From positions 100,564,001-100,628,000 of the forward strand of contig OZ024740.1 of the NCBI GenBank assembly GCA_964016885.1: 64,000 bases of DNA, written 5' to 3'. A program made the translations under genes and the position numbers. Shown piece after piece: positions 1 to 12,551 of the stretch. The notes beneath the pieces were generated by a model that was not told where the DNA came from, did not search any database, and saw only the letters and a program-made list of their open reading frames with translations. Numbering within the stretch: position 1 is the first letter of the stretch; each line of letters begins with the position of its first letter. This stretch comes from Eledone cirrhosa. Lineage: Eukaryota.

Positions 1-1362
1 AAGACGATACAGATTATTGAATCAGCAGGAAAAATTGCTGAAAGAGCACATCAGTGAAAAAATAATTGAGCAGAAGGATGCATGCAAGAAAAAAAATGAG
101 GCGCTAAGTGCCGTGTTGAGCCGCTGTGTCAAATGACTAGCTGTTTTGTAGTTTATACGTGACCACCAAAGGTCTAACAGAAAACGGATAAAGTCTCACA
201 TGGGCGAAGTTGCTGTTCTTGCATTAAATGTTAATGGTAAGTGTTGTACCAGTAGCTGTGGATGAAGCTATTATGGTAGTTTACCAGTGCTGGCAAGAAG
301 ATGATGGGTAGGCGAGAAAATGTCGGCCTTCCAGATGTATTGCCGAAAGTGCTAGGCAGCCAGGAAAAAATGGCTGGTTGCTTTGAAAAGAAAAAAGCAA
401 GTTTAATCTGTAGGTGGGTAGTAGTTGCAGTGTAAATTCCATAATTCCGGCGAATCCACAGAAGTGGTGGAAATGCTGACAAGTCCAGTTCTATTTGTTG
501 TTTTCCCAGTGAGTCGGGTAAGGTAACAAGATGGAGGTTGTTATGGGCGATAAGTGTGCAACGAGATGCGAAACTGTTTGAGTTCAGCTGCAATTAGCAT
601 TCTCGTGTTGCGGTGCCTGTTTGAATCCAGGTGAATTAAGCTCTATGAGTCGCTAGCATGTGACGGCACCTCAACCAGGTGAAAAGGGATCTCGCAGAAT
701 ATTACGTTTGAAGAACATATACTAAGAACAACAACATGTTGGTGGGTGACAAAGAAATGTGTGCATATGCAGGCGTGTAATACAGCAAAGAAAATGTGTG
801 GGTGCAGTCATATATACAATGATAGAAAAAAATGAATTTCCATATAATACAGTTTAAAAAAAATAAATGTCCAAAATAAATGCCTGAAAAAAAAAGGAAG
901 AAAGAAAGAATTGTTTCTTTTCTTTTAACAAAAAGTTCGCTTTTCTTTTCTTTGGGATCGCTCTTACTAGGGAGCTAGTAGAGTTGTTGTTGTTGTTAAA
1001 GCAAAGTCACAATGAATATTCTGTAGAATCGAAGTCGAGCGCTGAAGAGCCTAGAGTCACCAATATGGCAGTCACGTCTGACGCCATAGTGGTGAGAAGA
1101 CTGATGTCTTAATTTCTCGAGTCCCTGTGGTAACGAGACAGATAGTATGGTGGTTGCGTCGGTAAAGTTACAAGCTGCCACATCGCCATTCCCTGGTGTT
1201 GGTTAGTAGTTAGCCATGTGTTGCTGCTGATGGCTGGTCGTAGAGAAGTACTTGGTGGTAGCCGTTTTGAAATTTCCTCGTGGCGTAAATTCTTATTTCT
1301 TTTATACATACACTGCCAATTTTAATCTCATTTCAAAAGGAATATTTTGAACTGAAAATATT

Positions 1363-1376
1363 CGTCGGGGTCACCA
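1363..1376 (-). promoter_or_regulatory. PBS complementary to tRNA-Trp
   Basis: TGGTGACCCCGACG directly after the LTR end; complement of the tRNA-Trp 3' end CGUCGGGGUCACCA. Confidence 0.85.
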
Positions 1377-1484
1377 CTTTTAGCAGCATAGTATATAAAT
1401 GTTATTGAGACACGAGTAACATAATAATGATGTCAACAGCAGAAATTAGAGATGAAATGTATGTTTATTTTTGTTGTAGCACAA

Positions 1485-1598
1485 ATAATTGTTTCTACTT
1501 TAGGCACAAGGCCAGCAATTATCCAGTGCATTACTGGTACTTTATTTTATCGACCCCGTAAGGATGAAAGGCAAAGTCAACCTCGGCGGGATTTGAAC
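1485..1598 (-). mobile_element. 5'-truncated tRNA-SINE (family S1) inside the LTR
   Basis: Matches the 3' part of 19414-19603; TSD CACAAATAAT at 1480-1489 and 1599-1608. Confidence 0.85.
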
Positions 1599-2879
1599 CA
1601 CAAATAATGTTTGTTAACTTGTATGGTTGAAGTTACACATAAAATGAGGTTACAAAAGGGAATGTGCCATTGTGCCAGGCCCAAGGAAAGCCGGCAGGCC
1701 AAAGTGCAAAATCTCACCGTCACATGTTGTACGTGTTGCTGGTTAGAAGTTCAGGGTGCGAGAGAGAGATTTTTCAAATCTTCGCGGGGAATTTCTTCCT
1801 CAGGGCGCGTAAGGATACATCCTCTTCTACTGGCGCTGATTGGCTGAGCTGAGCCAAATCACGCACGTGAGCCCGCGGAATGTAGGTCACTACATCACCT
1901 CCGAGCAGATTTTCAGCCGAAAATCGTTAATGATGAAGCCGAGGACCCACAGATTATTGAATCAGCAAGAACAAATGCTGAAAGAGTATGTGAGGCCGCG
2001 GAATGTAAGTCACTACACATCTATATTTACAGAATTATTGGCGGAAAACATTCAGAGACACTTGGTGCATGAAAACTTAATAGGGAAATGGGCAATTAGT
2101 ATACATGATATAGTAAGCTAAAAAATTTTGTTTAATTTAAATAGGGATGAGAACAATTTTTTTTTTTCTATGACAAACTTTAGTTAAAATGTTAATGTAA
2201 ACAATCCTGAAATGTTAAGCAGTTGCAGTGTTCAGTGGAGAATTATTCTGTGGGAGAATAGTGACAATTCAAGATATGTTTTAGTATTATTAGCTTCCAT
2301 CAGTAAACAATCTTGCTTATCCCCATTTTACTATTATATCTATAATGATATCAATTCTAGCAATGAGCTGAAGAATGAGTGCTTAAGTGGTTAAGTATTC
2401 ACAGACATATAAAGCCTCAATATAACTATCAAAGCAAATCAGTGTGATATAATATATGACAAGGCTGGACCTTTAAATTACAGATACAATTCCTCCAACA
2501 GGCTTCCACAGTTTCTATCTATCCAGTTTCTCTTGCAAAATTTGAGGTAACCTAAAGCTATAATAAAGACGTATGCCCACATGTCATGCAATCCACTGGA
2601 AGTTTGGACTTATCAATTTAGATGTCAATTTTTTAACCTATCAGGCATACCTGTTCTTTAAGCTAAATTGTCTTACCCAATTTTTCATGCTGCAGAGTTT
2701 AAATTTATGTTACAAGATATCTTAAAGTTAGTATAAAGAAGAAATTAAAGTAGAATTCATGCATCAACTTTTATGGCTTAGCTTTATTAAAATGTGTCCT
2801 ATTCCCAGATGCTCCTCTGATTGGAGCTTATTCTGGATTCATTGATTTTAAGTGACTGAGAGTACAAGATAGGATAGCA

Positions 2880-3070
2880 TTCCATTGCAGGGATATCTCC
2901 CAACCACAGCTGGTATTCATAGTTCATTTTTAATTTCCATCTGAAAAAAGGTGGGATGATGTAAAAGGAAATGTCCTACTCAAGGGCAAAATGTGGCGTA
3001 CTCTCTGGGATTTAAACCAACAATTATACAATCCTGAGTTCAACACCCTAAACATTAAGACATGTGCCTT
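2880..3070 (-). mobile_element. Old decayed CORE-type SINE
   Basis: Diverged similarity to the head and CORE of 14084-14210. Confidence 0.5.
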
Positions 3071-3136
3071 TACTAGCTACAAGCTAGTCATGCTTCAACA
3101 ACTAGCTACATCAGAAAGTATTGAATTAAAACCTAC

Positions 3137-3199
3137 ATAGAAATGAAATCTCGCTTATCTTTTCAACTATGAATGTCAACAAGTGTCTATTGGAGTAAA
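3137..3199 (-). CDS. Candidate 63-nt internal exon of an unidentified host gene
   Basis: Acceptor TTTGTACGTTTTCAG, donor GTAGGT, open phase-1 frame YSNRHLLTFIVEKISEISFL; no homology recognised. Confidence 0.25.
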
Positions 3200-4104
3200 C
3201 TGAAAACGTACAAATAACAAAACAGAGATCATATTCCAGATTCATGCAATTATACAACCAGCATAAGGATATTACACAAAAACCAATAGATTTGATGGAG
3301 TTAACAAAAATATTGAGAATATTCTTATAATATTCTGTATAGTAAAATTAATTATAAATTGTGGAACTTACATTCAGTGATTGTAATATTCAGTGATATG
3401 GTGCTTGTAATCAGTAATCTCTATTCTAATCTCAGATATATTGTTAGTTCAGTGAAAGCTTTTAGTATATGTATTATATTTTATTCTAGAATAAGTGATA
3501 TGTGGAGAACATAGCATACATTCTGTCACTCTATGTTGTGAGTAACCAAATCTCTGTCAGTTGTCACATCTGTGTTTGTTTCTATAACAAATAATATTTT
3601 ATTTATCATAACAATTTTATTAGGTTTACAATAAATTTTATCTTTCCTAATAATTACAGCTGCATTAGCTTAAGTTCCAATATTATTTAAAAAGAAAAGA
3701 AAAGAAACAAAACAAAATACATGCATTTTCGATATTACGAAACATTTCTGATGGTTAAAAACAGAATCCAAATTGATAAAAATCACATAGATTTCACCTA
3801 TCAGCATTTATCATGAACTTTAGAATTTTCCACAAGTTATTTTATTAATATCTTTAGATATTTTTCTGTCTTTGTTTGAAATCATTCAAAAACAGATCAC
3901 TTATTCTCAAAGCATAACTACCAAACATAGCAAATGACATTTTAGAGACTAGTTATTTTCACCAGAAGCAAAATAAATTCATCTCAGTATATTAGATGTC
4001 TAAATATAATTCATAACTATGCAGAAGGAAAACTGCAAAAGTGAGAAGAAAACCTTTCCATTTCGGTTTGGTTCAATCTTAAATGTTGTTGGTATTTATT
4101 ATGT

Positions 4105-4400
4105 CATTCATCATCATCATCATCATTTCATTTTACGTCCGCTTTTCCCTGCTTGCAAGGGTGGGACGGGAACTGATTCTGGCTTGATTTCTACAGCTGG
4201 ATGCCCTTCCTAACACTAACCTCATTTACAGTGAGCGCTGGGTTCTTTTTTTTCCTTGGCACCTCCACGACCGCTGAGTAAACTGGATCAATGTGAAATA
4301 AAGTGTCTTGCTCAAGGAAACAACACATCACCCGGTCTGAGAATTGAACTCACCTTTCAATTGCAAGGCCAATGCTCTAACCATTAAGCCATGTGCCTCC
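4105..4400 (-). mobile_element. CORE-type tRNA-SINE with RTE tail (family S2), internally deleted
   Basis: Head GGAGGCACATGGCTTAATGG, B-box GAGTTCAATTC, CORE-like TCCTTGAGCAAGACACTT, tail GGACGTAAAATG(ATG)n. Confidence 0.85.
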
Positions 4401-4419
4401 TATGTATCTTTCCTAACTA

Positions 4420-4652
<233 letters not shown>

Positions 4653-4660
<8 letters not shown>

Positions 4661-6017
4661 TAAAATAACAGATTAAAGTTTAAGCAAAGAATCGCTGCTT
4701 TCACCCTTAACGGGATCTTCTGAAACTAACAAAGTCAATCTGTAAACGCAGAACTGGATATTTCAAAAAACGTATAACGGAAATAAAAGACCATGTGACC
4801 TCTGAGGCCCTGAAAATACTCTACGACACAGACCACATCTTAAACAAAAAATCTGAGGCAATTTCGGCTTGTAAACATAAATTGCACAAAACTTTCCTGT
4901 ATTACAGCCCCACGTTATACCCTAACGGATAGCACGATCTATACGTGGATATTTTACGTCTTGATGTGGGAGCTAAGTATATGTTTTGTTTATTCCTTTA
5001 CTTATTTGCATAGGTAAGTATATATTACCCGTATGTTTTGTGAAGGTATGTATACCTTCTCGTACGTATATTTGACTGTTATGGCGTATAATTTTTACAT
5101 ATTCTGGTATTTAGGGTTTGGCTATGTGTATACGGGAGTTTTGCGTCTGCGTGAGTATGCAGGTTCGTACGTATGGTGGGTGTGTGTATATGTGTACTTC
5201 TTGTTTTAGTTGACTTACGTCTCCGAACATTCGTGTATTTATTTGTAGGTATGTGTGTGCGCTTGTTATATACGTATTTATTTACTTATATACGTTTATA
5301 TAATTATTTATTTATTCGTACACAAGCATACACACACACACATATTTATATGTGCGTGGTTTTGTATACCTATGGTAAGGTTTTGCGTATGCTTGTGTAT
5401 GTACGTATCTGTTTGCGTGTATGTATTTATTTGTTTCTATTACTTCTGTATTGTATTTATTTACTTTGTTCTTAACTCTGTAGCGGAGATTCATTTGGTC
5501 TCCTAGTTAGAATTTTAGTCTACAACTTCTGCTATACCATTTACGTGGTTTTGTCTTTGCGTGCTATTGTTCTCCACGCTCCACATATGACTTATTATTT
5601 TCGTTTTTTCGTTCATTGCCAGAGAACGTCTCTATGCACCACCTAAGAGAACATTAGTCTACGACCTCTTTTATACCATAAACGTGGTTCTGTCTTTGCG
5701 CGTAATTGTTTTTCACCGATCCTATTAATGAAGTATTATTCGTTTTTTCCCGTTCTTTGCCAGCGAACGTTTCCACAAACCAAAGTATCGTCTTCCTGTC
5801 TTCCTCCGGTTGCAACGTTTTTTGAAATATCCAGTTCTGCGTTTACAGATTGACTTTGTTAGTTTCAGAAGATCCCGTTAAGGGTGAAAGCAGCGATTCT
5901 TTGCTTAAACTTTAATCTGTTATTTTAATAAATATTTGCTCTACGGTTCTTATATATTTGATATATATTTTCCTTATCGAGCCCTCTTTGGATTTTAGTC
6001 TTCAATTTTATTATTAT

Positions 6018-6020
<3 letters not shown>
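4653..6020 (+). mobile_element. 5'-truncated PLE with inverted 5' segment
   Basis: About 4774-4932 encodes YNGNKRPCDL/EALKILYDTDHILNKKSEAISACKH (PLE GIY-YIG C-terminus pattern); 4653-4773 is an inverted copy of 5815-5935; HHR-like core 5866-5889; internal direct repeats near 5537 and 5675. Confidence 0.8.
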
Positions 6021-6066
<46 letters not shown>

Positions 6067-6068
<2 letters not shown>

Positions 6069-7672
6069 GCTTTTGTCGACTTGGAGAAAGCCTTCGACAG
6101 AGTCCCCCGTTCCATTATCTGGTGGGCTCTTAGAAAACTAGGTGTTGACGAATGGCTTGTGAGAGCTATACAAGCCATGTATAAAGAAACAGTCAGCAAG
6201 GTTAGAATTAACAACGAATATAGTGAAGAGTTTAGCGTAAAAGTTGGTGTCCATCAGGGCTCTGTTCTTAGCCCCCTACTATTTATTATTGCCCTTCAGG
6301 CTATAACAGAGGAGTTCAAGACCGGCTGCCCATGGGAACTCCTATACGGAGATGATCTAACGCTCATAGCTGAATCAATGGCCGAGCTAGAGAAGAAATT
6401 CCAAACATGGAAGCACGGCCTAGAATCAAAAGGCCTTAAAATTAACCTGGCTAAGACTAAAGTTCTAGTTTGTAAGAAAGAAAATAAGGCGGCGGTCCCT
6501 TCCGGGAAGTGGCCATGCTCAGTGTGTAGGAAAGGCGTAGGTAGAAACTCCATTTTATGTCCCAAATGCAAAGTATGGGTGCATAAAAGATGTAGTGGGA
6601 TCACAGGTAAGCTAACTAAGAACATAGATTTTACATGTGGCCGGTGCTCTGGTGCAATAAGTAGCAGCAAGTGCCCACAAAATACTAGCTCTTTCAATTG
6701 CGCAGAGGGTTCTATAGAAATAGTGGACAGCTTCCGTTACCTGGGTGACAAAATCAGCAGTGGGGGAGGGTGCTCTGAAAGTACAGTAGCTAGAGTCAGA
6801 ACTGGATGGAAAAAGTCCAGAGAGCTTATACCACTATTAGCCGCTAAAGGGTTCTCCCTAAAAATGAAAGGCAGGTTGTATGATGCCTGCATACGAACAG
6901 CAATGTTGCATGGTAGTGAGACCTGGGCATTGTGTGCAGAAAATATACGCAGGCTAGAGAGGAACGAAGCTTGCATGCTCCGCTGGATGTGTAATAGTAA
7001 TATACGTGAACGGCAAAGCATAAACGAACTAAGGAAAAAATTAGAAATAAGAGGGATCAGATGTTGTTTACTCGAGAGAAGGCTACGTTGGTATGGTCAC
7101 GTGATGCGCATGAAAGACTACAGCTGTATAACAAAGTGCAGGGCAATAAAGATAGACGGTAGCCACGGAGTAGGCAGACCCAGAAAAACCTGGGACGAGC
7201 TGATAAATTCCGACCTCACACACTTACACCTCTCCAAGACAATGTCACTGGACCGAGACCTTTGGCGGTACTCAGTAATAGAGAAGACCCGCCTTACCTA
7301 AATACATAGTAAAACCTACTACAGTCAGTAGGCATCTCTAACAAAATACACCCCCGTCCCACCACCCCTACTCCATCCACACCGCCCCTTTCAATGTAAC
7401 GTTGTGTTGGTGCCACAACATCCAGGCCGAAACAAATGAGATCGTGTAGGTGTCACGACAAAAAAACACACAGTCCACGTAGTAAGGTGGCCGTGTAGGC
7501 AACACGGTAAAAACCTCCCAGCCCCACACTGTAAATGTGGTTGGTGTTAGGAATGGCATCCAGCTGTAGAAAACCCGCCAGATAGTCCTATGCGAGCAAT
7601 GACAACCACTCTTGCCTCAAGTGGGAAAACTCCCGTCCAAACCCATGCAAGCGTGGAACATGGACGTTAAAC

Positions 7673-7722
<50 letters not shown>
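6067..7722 (+). mobile_element. RTE LINE subfamily C, 5'-truncated; open RT C-terminal half with PHD finger
   Basis: ORF to 7301: [32 protein letters not shown]4HC3 finger, FRYLG, RRLRWYGHV; repeat-rich 3' UTR; (GAT)n tail. Confidence 0.95.
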
Positions 7723-7723
<1 letters not shown>

Positions 7724-7727
7724 ATAT

Positions 7728-8697
7728 ATTGTTACGGTCCTTCGTCATCTCCTCCATGAGCTTCAGCAGTCTCAGGTCTGCTCTCACCACCTCCGCCCAT
7801 GTTTTTCATGGTCTTCCTCTACTGCGTCTTCTTTCCACTGGGTTTTCTTAGCACTTCTTTTTCCAGCGGTCATCCTCCATGCGTATCACATATCCATACC
7901 ATCTCAATCTTCTCCACCGTACACCACAACTTATCCTTCTTATACACAGTTACTCTCTCAACTCATCTATGCTTGGTCGTTCATGCACATTGTCATTGCA
8001 AATCCAACGGAGCATGCTTGCTTCATTTCTCTCCAGCCATCGCATATTCACTGTTGTTGCTGCCTATGTCTCACTACCATGCAGCATCGCACATGTTAGT
8101 TTCCCTACCTGTTAGTTTGCCTGCTATCCCACTACATCTCTAGATGTGCATTGTGTACATTTTCTAGAATTTATGCCAGTTTATTTTCTACATATTGAAC
8201 ATGGCCATTTCCCCGATGGAATCAGAGATTTGTCCTCTTTTCTACTTCTCAACACTTTTGTCTTAGATATGTTCACTCTCAGTCCTCTTGATTCCAAATG
8301 CTGTTTCCATAGCCAGAATTTCTTCTCTAACTCCTCTACTGATTTTGCTATAAGAACCAGATCATCAGCATACAGAAGTTCCCATGGGCTGCCAGTCTTA
8401 AACTCCTCTGTTATGGCTTGGAGGACTATAATGAACAAGAGCGGGCTGAGGACCGAACCCTCCTGTACTCCTACTTGTATCAGGAATTCCTCACTAAACT
8501 CCATTCCTACTCTCACTTTACTGACAGTACCTCTGTACATAGCTTGCACTGTCCTCACAAGCCATTCCTCTATACCTAGTTTCCTTAGGGACCACCAGAT
8601 GACAGATCGGGGTACCCTATCAAAGGCCTTCTCTAGGTCAACAAAAGCCAAGTATAGTGGCTTATTCTTCTCTAAGAACCTCTCTCCTAGTTGTCTC
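7728..8697 (-). mobile_element. RTE LINE subfamily B fragment, internal deletion near 8090
   Basis: ORF 8181-8795 with [11 protein letters not shown] and LLYADD; homologous to about 37500-38730. Confidence 0.93.
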
Positions 8698-8896
8698 ACA
8701 TACACATATATATATACATACACACATATATATATATATATACATACATATATACACATACATATATATATATACATACATATATATATATACATATATA
8801 TTCATACATATATATATACATATATATATCTATATATACATACATATATCTATATGTACATACATATATATATATACATACATATATATATATATG

Positions 8897-8946
<50 letters not shown>

Positions 8947-8973
8947 CATATATGTATATATATATATATATAT

Positions 8974-9004
<31 letters not shown>

Positions 9005-9015
9005 CACACACATAC
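8698..9015. repeat. (TA)n/(TACA)n microsatellite
   Basis: Direct inspection. Confidence 0.97.
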
Positions 9016-9648
9016 AGTCGGAACTTTGAAGAAAAAATAGTTATATATCTGTGTCATTTAAATCTTCTTATTTTATAATTTGTTGCATAGCTTTCATATC
9101 GAGTCAATTTAATTATTTCGATAATTTTGTCTCTCGTGGTCATAGAGCAAAATTGGTTAAAGTCGACAACACACACACTCACATGCTTGTAAAAATATAT
9201 ATATAGATACGTATATGTATGTGTCTCTCATTATGATATTGTCTCAAACTACCACACGGTCGAATTAACCCGAAAGTATAGTAACTGCTTTTAAGAAAAC
9301 ACTATAACCACTTTCAGTCAGCCTTACCACCCGCCTGTAACCTCTGTAGCATGTATTAATTTTCCCCTCCGCCTTTGAGATGTTTTTCACTGCTACAAGG
9401 GATTCAGTCCCCTTTCTTGACCGGTGTATCACGTGGTAATATTTTCTCCCGCCTTTGAGATTGTCTCACTTGCTGTGAACGTGTCTGGAAAGTGTTCACT
9501 CCCCGAGGAGTTCATTGATAAGCTGGTGTGCCTCACCTCGATATTGCACATCTATAATGTAAAATTGTTGCAAACTGACCAGTGAAACTGTATCGTCGAG
9601 ACTTTGAATAAAAAATAGGTATATATCTGTATCTATTACTTCTTATTT

Positions 9649-9693
<45 letters not shown>

Positions 9694-10023
9694 GGGATTG
9701 CAAGTTATTGTTATGGGCAATCCACTTAGAGGTAGTCCAGTTAGAGTATTCTGTGTTGTGGATGGTATTAACGTATGGCTTAGTTTGACTCAACAACACG
9801 CTTCTTGCTCTGATGAATTAACTGGTTATAAACAAAGTATTGAGTTCGATTGATGTAACATCTAGCGATTTGCGAACTCTAGACCTACCAGACCAAAGAA
9901 ACAATTGTCAGCACTGTGAATAAAGCCCTTATTGTAAAGACAACCATGTTACTCTTATCTCTTGAATTATTATATACATATATATAAATATTTACACATA
10001 CACGAATTAAACAAAGTCACAGG

Positions 10024-11509
10024 TGTAGCGGTTGTCTCCCTTGTTTGGATTAACGTCTGGACGGGAAGTGGGGCCCTTTCTGTAACTTCCGGTCAGAGCC
10101 CTATAAAACTAACAACTTTAAGCTCTCTTTCTCTCATTGCCTTTTCGGCACCAGGTCAAGAGCCTCACATTTGGCTCTGCCATTCATTTGGCCAACAGGC
10201 GCCTGGCCTTAGCCAGGCGTCCTCTGCCAGCCGCGTTTGCCTGGCAATCAAAACGGTAACTACTAACTTTGCTTCATTCTACCATCCTCATCTTTGACAT
10301 GTCAACTAACTATCTACCATTGTTAATTAAATATTATCTACACCAACAATGTATTCCTTGTTACATTCATACAACCCAGTATCTTCGCTATATTGGTAAC
10401 CCTGACGTGATACGAACACGCAGCCGTTCATCGCTTTAAGTGGTCACCCCAAAAAAAGAAAAAAATAGCACATCTGGTTTTGTGTGACTAACATTACGAA
10501 TACACAGCAAATTTATCGACAAACTATGAAAATACTCAAGGACACGCACACACGCACATGTGGAATTCGCACAGACAGACTTTTTCTCACGCATCAACTA
10601 ACTGTCGCATTTCACCAATATATATATATGTTTCTCGTTTCTTACAACGAACACTTTCAAAACAAAAAAAACAAAACATTTCACGATATATTTATATGTT
10701 TCTCGTTTCTTACAACGAACTCTTTCAAAAAAAAAAAAAAAAAGAAATTTGATATTCTTTAAAAAAACATTTCAACAGGAACATTTATTTTCGATGAACC
10801 ATTGCCTTTTTGTTCATCGTTTTCTTCATCGTTCAAGTTTTTTTTTTTTTCTCAAAGTTCACACCAATAATTATGCTGAGTGAAGCCTTTCTTTTTCATC
10901 ATTGTCACTTTCAAAATTGCATTATCATTTTCTCGCGCGTTAGAAATATTATTTTTTTCAACCTTGTATTGGCACGTGTAGGCAGCACAAATTCTCGATT
11001 CACAGAGATGTCTCTACTCACAGACATAGCCGCACGCCAGAGATAACATTTCTCGCCAAGGATTCTTCAGCCCTAAGCTATATTCTTGTATTTGCCGGTT
11101 TATAAATTTACAATGTAAATTTACCGTTGATAACCGCGCATTTATTAAGAATGCTTATTTCTCTGGTCGCTGGCCTCTTGACCCTTCCAGGTCAACGCAT
11201 TCTCAACATCGACCATCAACTTCGGCTGCTATTTCTAGCACTTTGCGCAACCCATTTTTTTCTGAAAAAATTTTTTTTTTACTGTGAATTTAAACACCGA
11301 ATACGCTCACTCAGCGAGACAACAGCAGCAGCAGCAGCAATACATCGACACAGCTTCACCAACAACCATAAGGTTGAGATAAAAATTTGGGCTGCGCTTT
11401 CTAGCAACCAACCCACTCGCCGTAAGCAACCTATCACACCCTTCCTGACTTGACCACTCTCACGTCACAGTTCTCAACCATTTTGAATTCGTGTTTGGCG
11501 GGGGGCCAC
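10024..11509 (+). mobile_element. Non-autonomous Gypsy-type LTR element 3, lacking its 3' LTR
   Basis: LTR 10024-10392 with termini TGTAGCG...CGCTATA; TATAAAA at 10102; tRNA-Trp PBS from 10394; G-rich polypurine tract (PPT) 11497-11505; weak gag-like remnant LLRMLISLVAG...QLRLLFL. Confidence 0.75.
10394..10425 (+). promoter_or_regulatory. Extended tRNA-Trp PBS (32 nt)
   Basis: TGGTAACCCTGACGTGATACGAACACGCAGCC is the complement of GGCUGCGUGUUCGAAUCACGUCGGGGUCACCA with 3 mismatches (reference tRNA recalled from memory). Confidence 0.85.
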
Positions 11510-11533
11510 TTCAGAAAATAATATGTCCTAGTG

Positions 11534-11619
11534 AGTTTATCCCCTGAAGAGCTCAAAAACTCGAGTATGAACCTTAAATAAGGTATCTCAAAAGTGAGCG
11601 AAACCAAAGGCTCGGACTT
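11534..11619 (+). ncRNA. HHR-like motif with long stem II
   Basis: CTGAAGA-GCTCA...TGAGC-GAAAC; cleavage triplet and stem I imperfect. Confidence 0.55.
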
Positions 11620-11702
11620 AGTGATTTAGTCCTGGTATGTATATAAGTAGAGATGATGTATATATATTATCAAATAATTCTCTGGGCATGCTTTACTCTA
11701 TA

Positions 11703-11802
<100 letters not shown>

Positions 11803-11959
11803 TTAAATGGAATAGAATGAAACGAAATTTCATTTCTCACTCTTAGTACGGCACTTACTTAAATGTAAGTATGTATGTACACGTACATACATATATGTAT
11901 ACAGACGCACAGTAGTATGTATATATATACATACATGCACACATATATATATATATATA

Positions 11960-12234
11960 TTGCTCCAGTATACTCAGCTGTAGAAATGAGATGATAGGGA
12001 CTGGGGTCCCTATCATTCCACTGCGAAGTGGTTGTGGAGGTGAAACGGCAAAAAAGCACCCAGCCCACACTGTAAAGTGGACGTGTAGGCGCCATGGAAA
12101 AAAAGCACCCACCACTCACTGTAAATGAGGTTGGTGTTAGGAAGGGCATCCAGCTGTAGAAATCAAGCCAGAATCAGTTCCCGTCCCACCCTTGCAAGCA
12201 GGGAAAAGCGGACGTAAAATGGTGATGATGATGA
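11960..12234 (+). mobile_element. S2 SINE, 5'-truncated
   Basis: Matches about 14196-14435. Confidence 0.85.
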
Positions 12235-12249
12235 TACACACACACACAC

Positions 12250-12284
<35 letters not shown>

Positions 12285-12419
12285 TGGATCTGCTAATATG
12301 CAGATCTGACTGATCAGCCAGTCTGCTAATATGCAAATCAGGCCGATCAGTCACTGTGTATTTTTGAAAATAGCATATATCATCACTAGCTCTGACAGTT
12401 TGGCAGGTGAACAGCGAGA

Positions 12420-12461
12420 TGTACTGATGAAGGGTGATACCCAGAAACATTAGTGTCTGTA
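12420..12461 (+). ncRNA. Type I minimal HHR motif
   Basis: CTGATGA-AGGGTGATACCCA-GAAACATTAGTGTC: intact core, stem III and GUC triplet; weak stem I. Confidence 0.7.
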
Positions 12462-12551
12462 GTTCTGTTTACATGCCACCATAAGAGCAAGAATGGAGGG
12501 TTCATTCTACTGACATGGTTATAAAATTGCAAACGAATTGAATGTCATTAA

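Larger units (their letters stand above)
1..2017 (-). mobile_element. Non-autonomous Gypsy-type LTR element 1; runs off the left edge
   Basis: Minus strand: LTR starts TGTAGTG (1894, with a second start at 2017) and ends near 1379; PBS at 1363-1376; internal 1-1290 is a close inverted homolog of about 46995-48243; no long ORF. Confidence 0.8.

Noticed and set aside
231-593. 120-aa ORF shared with 47666-48018 as a conserved gene
   Set aside because: Frameshifted between the two copies; similarity reflects the repeat
7674-7722. Poly-Met ORF start
   Set aside because: It is the (GAT)n tail of the LINE
8146-9078. 310-aa plus-strand ORF and similar ORFs opposite RTs
   Set aside because: Antisense shadows of RT coding sequence extended into microsatellite
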